DNA from: Macrostomum lignano
Taxonomy: Eukaryota
DNA length: 64,000 bases
Direction: 5' to 3'
Assembly: GCA_002269645.1 (NCBI GenBank)
Contig: NIVC01001606.1
Coordinates: forward strand, 62,001-126,000
Below the pieces are notes generated by a model. That model was not told the origin of the DNA. It worked only from the letters and a program-made list of their open reading frames with translations, and ran no database searches. The translations under genes were made by a program, and so were the position numbers. Of the stretch, positions 37,101 through 57,543 are shown piece after piece (the stretch's first letter is position 1; every line of letters begins with the position of its first letter).

Positions 37101-40100
37101 ACGTATAAAATATGAATAAATTGACTTTATAACGTTTATTAAATCAAAAAGCCTTTCAGAAGAACACAGTTCTGAACTAAGAAGGCTGCAAATTTGTTGT
37201 TGTGCGATAGTAATATTAATGGTATTTGATTACAATTGGGCCAGATGTGCAACCGAGAGCTCAGCCGCAGCTATTGCGCGGCGCATCTGAAGGTTGCGTA
37301 CGGCTGCTCAATCCAAGGACTGGGGGGTCGCGACACGCACCGTCAATTACCCCAGCTAATGCTGGTAACCATTTTACAGCTGGGTTAACTGAAAAAATGC
37401 AGAGTTAAGTGTCTTGCTCAAGTGCACAAATTGTTCCAGTGGGTTTGGAATCGAACCCCTGACCTTCAGTTGTGAGTCCGACGCTCTAACCACTTGGCTA
37501 CAACCCCTAAGGTCCCCTCATTATGTATACTTAGCAACATTGAAAACCGCCACCCTACACCCTAGACAACCCGAGCGAGCGTTAAAAAACCTTGCATCAT
37601 CATCTGCATACTGTAGTAGTAAGCTGAAGTCAATCGCTCGGCCACTGCTCTGGCGGTTTTCAACGTTGCTAAGGGTACACTCGTAACGACTTCTGTCGCG
37701 ACATCCCTCGGTAAAATTACCTGCAACTTAAAAAAACATGATTGACTCACCAATTTCTGTTAGTTGGACAAGTGCCTTTTTCCAACCTGGGCAGCAAGGC
37801 GCGTACAATGGCAGCCTGCAGTCTTCTGCCATCAGAGCTGCTGATCAAAGCACCCGACATCAGCAGACGCTCCAACGCCGAAACTGCCAATGCTGATGGC
37901 TGCATGTTCTGAAGTGCTGCGACAGCCAGAAGACGTCTGCCAGTAGAATGACGAGCTGCTTCAACTGTGGAGGCAGCCACAGAAGTGACAGCCTGAGTTG
38001 CCCAATCGGGACCGAGATTGCCGATTGCCAGGAGTGCCCAGTCGGTCAGGTGACGTTGATTCTGATTGGTGTCGTGTGATTAAAAAAGTTAACCCTAGCT
38101 TTTTACCTTACCTCCCGATGCCTGAATATATATAGTTACCAGTAAAACTAAACCAAGAGAAGTTTAAAAGTCCAACTAGTGATAAAAAATCTGCTGAATT
38201 CGTTCACGATCCTTAGCTCTGTTTTCACTCTTTGTTGCCATTAGAGCCCGTGTAACCATTATCACAAGTTCATTAACGAGCATATGAATCTTACTTTCCC
38301 ATTGATTTTATCATCTCCCTCGCTGAATCCGGTCAGCAGAGTGGTCAGAGAAGATTCCAACTCAGCTGATCGTTCTGCTGCTTTCGTTCGACGCGCAACT
38401 GCTGAGACGGCCAGCATGGCCGGCCCGACGTCCTCGGGTGAGCAGCTGGCTTTTGAGTTCGACGATGTAAGGCAGGTCTTGAAAAAATCTACGGCGCTAA
38501 TTATCACTGCAGTGGACAACGGGAACTTTGATGAAGCAGCTTGGATAGCTAATATCTTCAAGATGTTTTGTCTGTCAGGACCGACAATCGGCAATCCGCC
38601 ACCGATGCTTTTATCGGCCAGAAGGCGAAAAATCGCGACAATGCCCGCGTCCATGTCTGCCTGCACCAAAGTCTTCAGGTATTGCCACCTGCGTTTGATA
38701 GAAAGGGGGTTGAAAGCTGTAAAAAAACTGATATGAAAAGCATTTGAGAAATTCTATAGTAGTACTACTAGTTGTATTTTTTATTGAAATTATGCTAAAA
38801 TCTCACGAATTATCCATTCAATCTAGTTCTTCCGGTGCATACAGTTTATGCATTAACTATACACTTTACAATTTATTCATACTTTCTGTAACTATAAACC
38901 CAATGTACACACATCATCCGTTAACTCTCTCCTTTTTGACTAGAATAGCTGGAGGCAGAGGGCTGTGTGCACCCTGGCGCACTTTAAGCGACATTGTCAC
39001 ACATCGGCACACAAGCACGCGGATACGTACGCTGCAGTCATACGCACAGGCACACACTCACACACGAGTTTACAGCGGCCCTAAATTTATTTATCGTCAA
39101 GGCATGTACACTTCACTGTGCCTTAGGGATTGGCCTTTAAAGCCATTAATGGCGCGAGCAGAGCCAAGCCGAGATTCCAATTTAGCCCCAAAGTTAGTGT
39201 GACTGCACTTGGAATCGAGCCTGGGCCGTTGGTACACAAGAAAGCGCCGCACTAGACCACTGGGTTACGACCCCCTGCAACTCTCGACTAATGTGCACAC
39301 ATCATCCGGGAACTATGGACTCTGCACATACATCTTACATTCTTCTTTATTGCACTTGGTCTCACCTCGCAAGACGTAAATTCGAGCACTTCAAGCTTGT
39401 TGTCAGCCATCGATGCAGTAACTCCAGCGGTTCGGGGTAGCGAACTTTGCTGACCAATTTTCCTAAATTCATAACCAGCACGGCAGGATTTCGCACTTTT
39501 GACTGATTGCATAGACTGGTCAGTACAGACTGCAACGATTCGACATCGTCTCTCGGCGACTCAGCATCCAGCTCATCGTCGTTCTCATAGCTGAGACTAG
39601 TTCGTCGAGAAATTTTGCTAAGCATAGTTGACGGTTGTACTGAAGCAGAACGCCTGTCAATCAAGCGTAGGCTGGTGCGAATTTCAAGCTTAACAGGGGA
39701 GCCAAAAGAGGCAGGAAGTGGAGAATTCAGCGAGAGTTTCTCTGAGCAGTTGACCAGGTTGATTGAGCCATGAATTGGATGTAGGCTGGTGTCGCACTGT
39801 TGATGGCCAGTTACTAGACGTCTGGATGAATCTGGAGACTGGAAAGTGACAGTTAAATGCGCTGAAACGTTTGCCCCAGCAAAATCACTTTATACGATGT
39901 TAAACAGTCGCTCACCACACCGCTAAACCAGCTCGATATTCGAGGACCAACCGTGGCGAATCGGTTCACGCCGCGGCACTCTTGAAGTTGCTTCGTTTTA
40001 CGAAAGCTGTTGGGTCCGGTTGCCACGAAGTGGGTTGCGCAATCCCGAGGATGTCAGTCTTGGTTGGGTGTAGATAGAAAATAGATACTTTCCTTATAAT

Positions 40101-40870
40101 TAGAAGAAGACTGTTTCTTTTTCAAACTAAGACTAACGAACATACTTCAACAAGGCTTTTTGGCAGGTGGAAATCCCTAGCAGATGTCTGCAGCATAGAC
40201 AGCAGTCCTCGCTGTAGGTTCAGCGAGGCAGCCGATGAGCCAGCGCTCTCGTCAGCTCCCAGGCAGACGGCACGAATTCGGCCGCCGCTGATGGCAAACC
40301 TCAAATCGGGCAGGCGTTCATGGGTCCCGGCGTCGACGCTCACTCGAGCTGCCATCTCGCAGCTCTGTCTGCGAAACTTGACAACCGTCAGCAAGCCAGA
40401 GGCAACTCTCTGCTTGGCCGCTTGCTTCGAACCCCTGTGGCTCTGTTGGCCGTCTTCTTCAAACCAGCTGATCGACTGCTCGAAAGCGTATCGATACTCA
40501 ACAGATTTGCCTGCACTCTCGGAATTATCAAAACCGATTGTTGGTTGACAAGTGACTCCCTTAGGTAGGCAATTCTCGGTAGGTGTGTCTTCTGCTTGGG
40601 TTGGTGTGTTTCGACATTCGACTTAAATTCTATAATAGCTAGACACTCTTCAATGAAAACCTCTTTATTAAATGAAGACTGGTTTGAATAGTTTAAACGC
40701 ATTTGATAGCGTATTGATACGCTCGTACATTCAACAGACATGCTAAAGAACAGAAAAATTACAATAATTAGAAGTAGCATGTACTCTACCTCACCTTGAG
40801 CATGAGCAGTCGCCATCACAAGCAGAATTGCCATGAGTAAAAAAAGCAAATTCTTTACGAGACGCGACAT
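25173..40870 (-). CDS. Large lipid transfer protein (apolipoprotein B/apolipophorin/vitellogenin superfamily), ~3,400-3,500 aa, ~16 exons
   Basis: Signal peptide MSRLVKNLLFLLMAILLVMATAHAQ. Vitellogenin_N motifs GKSVEYRY, LRFAISGGRIRAVC...LNLQRGLLSMLQ, ETDILG(D)CATHF...KTKQLQEC, LAVSAVARR, LLAIGNLG. DUF1943-like MPTRAEFQLTL..G..VPLLD; then long alternating beta-strand region and amphipathic helices. Exons (approx.): 40870-40795, ~40621-40146, 40058-39916, 39838-39366, 38688-38295, 38061-37751, 37720-37591, 37036-36436, 36125-35589, 34595-~33940 (unresolved), 33914-31691, 31620-28687, 28600-28145, 26879-26736, 26636-~26198, 25723-25173. Confidence 0.85.
25795..26175. repeat. Two adjacent 14-bp minisatellites: (GGGAGTAGAATGTA)n and (GGGATGCAGGGACT)n, intronic
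   Basis: Directly visible in the last intron of the LLTP gene. Confidence 0.9.
26935..28100. repeat. 21-bp minisatellite (GTGTCTAACACTATTCAAATC)n, ~55 copies, intronic
   Basis: Directly visible; yields the HDLNSVR and SNTIQIV pseudo-ORFs. Confidence 0.96.
34665..35008 (-). mobile_element. tRNA-derived SINE with CORE-like central domain (copy A, with internal (CAA)n/insert)
   Basis: Minus strand: gggttgtagcctagtggttagagcg (A box)...ggttcgattccc (B box)...gtgtccttgagaaagacacttgtaactctgc...cagttcacccagctgtgaaattgg. Resembles the MIR CORE GTGACCTTGGGCAAGTCACTTAACCTC...CTGTAAAATGG. Confidence 0.75.
35009..35518. repeat. 17-19-bp minisatellite (CCACTAGGCTACAACCCC)n derived from the SINE 5' end
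   Basis: The unit equals the reverse complement of the first ~18 nt of the abutting SINE head (ggggttgtagcctagtgg). Confidence 0.9.
37265..37507 (-). mobile_element. tRNA-derived SINE with CORE-like central domain (copy B)
   Basis: Minus strand: ggggttgtagccaagtggttagagcgtcggactcacaactgaaggtcaggggttcgattcc...gtgcacttgagcaagacacttaactctgc...cagttaacccagctgtaaaatgg. Shares its 3' tail with copy A. Confidence 0.8.
38956..39275 (-). mobile_element. Second tRNA-derived SINE family (head at 39275-39200)
   Basis: Minus strand ggggtcgtaacccagtggtctagtgcggcg...ggctcgattcc gives A/B-box-like motifs, followed by a body shared with 8652-8890. Confidence 0.65.
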
Positions 40871-41735
40871 GACTGCAGCCAGTCCCTTAGAGAATTAGCT
40901 TGCTGACCAGTGAATCTTGTGGAAATGTTTTAAAAACTCACTCAGTTCTCCACTTTGATAATAATGCTGTGTTAACACTTTCTGCAAACCAAGCATAAAA
41001 ATTTAAGTCAGCTGAGCGGCCCCTCGAACCCGCTGAGTTCAATGCGATAAGATTATAAGTTAATTTAGTAAGTGACCAGTGAGGAAGCGACCATATTCCT
41101 GTAATTTCTCAAATTCTAGTGTACACCGAAAGCTTAGTTGAATCTGGGCGTACAGTATGTGAAGTATATAAGATGTACATGCGCGTTTAAATATATCAAT
41201 CAGTCGCAATATCTAGGGAAACTTTTCTGGGCGAATGTAAAATGTGTGCGATTTATTTGTTCAAGCTAAGGCTTAAAAACGTGAAACGGAAAACCCGCAT
41301 TAATTCATCAGAGCAAGAACTTTGACCCAGTGCAAACTCGAAATACCTGTGAATACCTAGGTGCGGGCTGGTTTATATAAAATTACTATTTCGGTTAGAA
41401 AAAAGTTCATTGAAGTCTACAGTCTTACTCGACCATCATCTACCCCAAATTTATTCAAGCATATTACTTGAGCGACAAATCTGTTTGTTGCAACCGCCAT
41501 GTCTCCGAATAGCCACAACCATGCCTGCAGTCCAGGGACGAAAAAAAGACCCAGCTAGGGCAGGGGACAGGAAAACTAAAAGATGTTGCCTTCGTCTCTT
41601 TGCTTTTGCGGGCCTGAAAGAGAGGCGGAGAGAGAGGTGAGCAGCTGCGCAGGCACACAATAGGGCCAGGGCAGACGAGTAAGAACTGTGGCGCACTTTA
41701 TTTACAATTGCACGAGCACCACGCCGAGGCTTGAG

Positions 41736-43257
41736 ATGCCGAGACAAAAAAGTTGGTGTAACAGAATTGTTTCTAAATCAAAAAGAAGTAGTCTCAAGAC
41801 CTCCAGCTTATACCCAGCGTCTGAGCATTGCTCTGGGGAAGACAATTCCTGTCTGCAAGCAATGCCGAAACAGGAAGGCAAATCGTACCAACCAGCCTCA
41901 GCATCTGCTGGGGAATCTGCGGCATCAGGAGACAGTCTGGACTTCCTCATCAGGCCAAGATTTGGCAACAAATTCTCTATGATGAAGCAGAATGGAGAAG
42001 ATCAACAGCGGGAGTCCGTGTTGCTGAGCTCGGTGCTGAACCAGCTGGAGAATCCGGAAACTCAGGCTGATGCGCTGGCCCAGCTCGGCATTCGGCTGCT
42101 TTCTAAGAGTCGAGTGCAGCTTGACCTGCAGGTAGGAATTCAAATTGGCCTGTTTTGTTACCGCTTTGAAGCTCGAAATGAACGTTGAATATCTTAAACA
42201 GTTTTGAGGTGCAGTAAGGCTAGAAAATAAATAAAGGCTAGAAAAAACCAATAGAATATGCCTTTTATTGCTTTCATTAGGTACGAAAGTTTTGGAGGAT
42301 ACAACTTTCCATTTCAACACCATAGCAAGTTAAGTTTAATGCTTGTGCAATGGGTAGCGAAGAGGTAGCACGTACGATTCTCGGGTTCCGGGGTTCGACT
42401 CCATTTAACGTTAATGTGGCTGACTCTCTACAGGTAACATTCATACAAATCACCCACTTACGCAGGAGTACCCGCCGAGCAAGCTGAAGAAGCAGAAAAA
42501 CGGCAGCAAGAGCACGTCAGCTCTTAAACAGCCGTCGCAGCCTTCAGACTCGAGCATAGAGCTTCACGGGAACTTCATCACTAGAAATCCGGTGATTCAA
42601 CCACTCGGCATTCGAGTCAACTACCTGAGAGACGCCTACATTGAAGCAGAAACAGTCTACTGCTGCCTGCTGGAGGTCAGCTCGCCCTACGGAGACGCAT
42701 TCGCCGTGCCCGTGCTGGGCAGAGGCAGCTTCAATCTCCTGGGCGACGAGGAGGGCAAATGGCCGCACCCGACCATGGCCCAGCGAGAGCACTGCATTAG
42801 CGGCGTCTCAGCGGGGTTCCTACAACGAGCCGCGGTGTCCCTGACCTGCCTGTTGTGCCTCTGCGAGCTGTCGCCGCAGGACGAAGCATCAGTTATCGAT
42901 TTCTACCGAAAAGTGGACAAAACCTACAATTACGGATACGGTCCCTACATTGACTACCTGGTGTACTGCTGCCAGACGGAGTCAAGAATCCGAGACTCCT
43001 ACCTGAAGTACCTGTGCCTGGAATTTAACAATCGCTTCACTCAGGATCTCATGACGCAAGCATTAAAACAATTCGTAGAGACCCGACAGCCAACTAAGGA
43101 ATACTACGAACAGGTGCCCACGATGCTGACCTCGGAAGAGCTGGCCAAGGACCGCGAAGTCCATTACTCAGTGAAAGGCCGAGCTGCCAAGGCGTCGATG
43201 TACTTAAAGAATGCCAGCAGACAGCATCTTGCCTGCTGTCCCTGTCACGTGATGTAG
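41736..43257 (+). CDS. Hypothetical ~395-aa protein ending in a CaaX-type prenylation motif (..LACCPCHVM*), 2 exons
   Basis: Exon 41736-42131 (donor CAG|gtagga) and exon 42466-43257 (acceptor cgcag|GAG), phase 0, both open with GC-rich codon usage. No family recognised. Confidence 0.7.
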
Positions 43258-43619
43258 CCTGAAATTACTAGTATAAGGGCTTAAAGAAAGCGACTGATGA
43301 TACTCAGCACACGATATAAGTTCGTGCTAGTCTGTTTACTCTGGTGACATTGCACTTTACTAATGAAGCTCAAGGTGACGGAATTTCAGTGCGTGATAGA
43401 AAATTCTCAAGCTTTTTACCAAAACAAAAATCTCATTTAAATCACCATCTGAACTTCCGAACTTTGACTTTAAAATGAGGCAAGTTCTAGATGCAATCAC
43501 AAGTGTATCAATCGAGCTATCTATTTACGAAATGCTAGCGGAAATGGGCAATCAAGAAAAGTTTCTGCGAAAGTTCAGCTGTACTTTTTGTAGTTCATCC
43601 CCACTTGTCACTGTTTTCT

Positions 43620-44095
<476 letters not shown>

Positions 44096-45069
44096 TTCTC
44101 TGTTCAAAAATTGTACATTGCTTTTTAAACACCAAATTTGACTGATCATAAAATGAAATAAAGAGACTGTGTAAAACCTGATGTTTAAAACTGATTTCAA
44201 ACAACATCAACTAGATAATATATATTATTGGAATATAATAAGCACAATACAAGTTGAGAATAAAACATTGTTCTCATGTTTTTGTAAGCAAAATCCCTGC
44301 TGGGGGTTTTGGGACCAGAATATAATTGTGGCAAATATTTGATCATCAATAACGAATATTTATTCACCAGCTCAGACAGTCTTACCAACGCTTGTGTGAC
44401 AATTTTTTTCATTTGTGCAAAGTAAAACGGAAAAACGGAACTTGGCTAATAATTATATCGCTAAGTTTCTATGGAATTTTGTTTTAATACGAGTCAAAAA
44501 TAAAATCAATAATAACAAATATAACAAAGTTAGAAACTGTATTAATAAAATCAGTTCAGAAAGCTGAAATAAAAAAAGAGAGGAAAACAACATCAGTAGA
44601 CTAAAAAGTAACAGTGGTGACAAACTACTCAAGGTAAAGCAATTAATTGAAACACAACACAGTTGAATAAAATAATAAAGCAATTTGGGATTTTCTAAAA
44701 TAAGTTCACTGCCCATCAACAGCAGAAAGTCATCAATAAAATGGGCTGCTCAGAGTATAAGTCATGCATAATTAAAACAAAGAAAACCATTTAAAGCACA
44801 ACACAAGACAAATTTGGGCACGCTGAAACAAACAAAATAATTTTAATCTTCTCATAAGTTCGACGACATCTGAATTTTGCAATGCAATTATTTAAAGCGG
44901 GCATTACAGATAATTTGTATCAGATTCAAACTCAACATAGTTTTTTGTTTAATTGTTATGATTTTAAATTCCCCAAAACGTTGAAGGAAAATATTTTTTA
45001 AAATTTACAGGCCCCTCTTATAAATATCTAGGGACAATCTTACAAATATGAATTGACAAGTAATATAAA

Positions 45070-45760
45070 TATGTAGGGGCAATTCTTAGAAATATGTAGG
45101 GGCAATTCTTAGAAATATCTAGAGCCATTCATAGAAATATGTAGGGGCAATTCTTAGAAATATCTAGGGACAATTCTTAGAAATATGTAGGGGCAATTCT
45201 TAGAAATATCTAGGGACAATTCTTAGAAATATGTAGGGGCAATTCTTAGAAATATCTAGGGACAATTCTTAGAAATATGTAGGGGCAATTCTTAGAAATA
45301 TCTAGAGCCATTCATAGAAATATGTAGGGGCAATTCTTAGAAATATCTAGGGACAATTCTTAGAAATATGTAGGGGCAATTCTTAGAAATATCTAGGGAC
45401 AATTCTTAGAAATATCTAGGGACAATTCTTAGAAATATCTAGGGACAATTCTTAGAAATATGTAGGGACAATTCTTAGAAATATGTAGGGACAATTCTTA
45501 GAAATATGTAGGGACAATTCTTAGAAATATCTAGGGACAATTCTTAGAAATATCTGGGGACAATTCTTAGAAATATGTAGGGACAATTCTTAGAAATATC
45601 TAGGGACAATTCTTAGAAATATGTAGGGACAATTCTTAGAAATATCTAGGGACAATTCTTAGAAACATCTAGGGCAATTCTCAGAAATATCAAAGGGCAA
45701 TTCTAATAAATATCTGGGGGTGATTCTTAGAAATATCTAGGGGTAATTCTTGCGAGAGAA
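45070..45760. repeat. 23-bp minisatellite (TAGGGACAATTCTTAGAAATATC)n
   Basis: Directly visible, just downstream of the Rab2 stop. Confidence 0.93.
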
Positions 45761-45899
45761 TTAATTCATTGAAATAGAATTTTAAACCCCTATATTAGGG
45801 CATATTCTAAGAAACGGCCTGCCAGATAATTATGGATTGCTAATATTGCCGATTGCCCTTCAATGTTATTCTGCGTTTTGCACAATCCAGTTGTCAAGT

Positions 45900-55856
<9,957 letters not shown>

Positions 55857-56199
55857 TCTTAGAAACAATACTAAAATGTGACTATTTGAAGATTGTAAAT
55901 TGTATGCAATACAGAACTCTTAATTAATATTAAATGTTTTTTCCTTCAGGCTTAGCTTCGAAGGCCTAGTTGTTTAATTTTCTTGAAATCTGATATTATT
56001 AGTTTTGCAAAAAAGTAAACTAGTGCTTAATGCAAAAGTATGAAATCACAGACTGTATATATCTATGCAGCACAGCCACAGGGTTGATATTTTTTATTGT
56101 GGATAAAAAATTAAGACCCACTGAAATAGTTAACCGTGTGGACGAAAGAGCAATTATAATGTTTCTATGAAAAAATAAAGGTTGAAATTACACCCGCAA

Positions 56200-56579
56200 G
56201 GGTCTCCCTAAAACACGCACCGCACCGCCCCGAACCGCTACACATTATAACATTTTTTGTCAATGCAGTATTTGATTGCAAAAAAAATATTTGTTGTAAT
56301 AGTAATGGAATAAATAACTTTAGTTAATATTTTAAATATTAATTTTAGTTTCATTATTCTCGCTTTCATTATTAAATTATAGTATTATTATTTTATTAAT
56401 ATTATTATTGATATCACTTATTATTCACCGAATTTTATATTTCAAATTAAAAAAAACTGAATTTAATAAAAACTTTGAAGCTTAACAGAAAACGCATTTT
56501 TTAGTGTCTTCAGTTATAGTCCAATTTGTTTTAATGTGTAGCGCTGCAGGGCGGTGCGGGGCGTGTTTTAGGGAGACCC
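56200..56579. mobile_element. Mutator (MULE)-type MITE, ~50-bp TIRs, 9-bp TSD CACCCGCAA
   Basis: gggtctccctaaaacacgcaccgcaccgccc..cgctacacatta versus its reverse complement ending tagggagaccc at 56579; cacccgcaa at 56191-56199 and 56580-56588. Confidence 0.85.
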
Positions 56580-57543
56580 CACCCGCAACATTGGTTGTAA
56601 CTTGTTCTACTATAAAAACAAAAAATCTGTCTACTAGTAACCAATTTTTTGCGTTTTGGTAAAAATTTTTAATTAGATACACGTATTTTAGTTATCTAAA
56701 CAACAGTTTAAAAGTTATTGACAACAATTGTGGGTTAAAGTTATTAAACCGCGAAAGGTTGCGCCACGATAATAGAAAACTCTCCATAAGAAATACATGG
56801 AAAAGTAATCATCAGGTCCTCTGGACCCCAAAATTTCGTTCGAGAGTTAAATTGATTCTTCATAACAGTCTTCTGAAATATATTTGAATGTCTCACAAAT
56901 TTATACCGTCATTAAAAATAATTTGGATTCGAAAAAATACTTCGAAAAAAATAATAAAAAGAAGTATTTTAGACGCAAGAAACTAAGTGCAATTAAAGAT
57001 GTACATGTACTAACTTATATAAAACTTTATAATTAACTATACTAGCCACCGATAATGAGCTAGGTTTTCCAGGGAATCAGGGATTTTCCCATTGGAAATT
57101 TATATTACATCGTACCTAGGCGCACGAAATTCTAGAATATTAGAGCGGCTTGTTGCGAGCCTGGTGGCTAGTTGAAAAGTAGCAAGCGAGCAAAAAGATT
57201 TTGCATATACTTGTTAAGCATAGTCATTTATACTTAACAAGAATATAGGGAGGTGTGAGTCAGATCGAACTGCAAAACTCCTCCCCCCAGCAGCCATGGC
57301 ATGCAGGGCCTGTACCGGCGGGCCTCGCTCTCAGCCGTGCACCAGTCTGGCCGCCACAATATAAAAAACTACAGGCAGTGATAAAATTTCTAAACAAGTG
57401 GTGTAAATTCATGTACAACCATGGATCATAGAATGAAAAAAATCGAACAATTAATAATCCAGATACCGTGACGTCACAGACATACTGACTACGGGCTTGC
57501 TAATTTCAGGAAAAATAGTCTGCGTAAGGTTTTTAGTAGCTTT

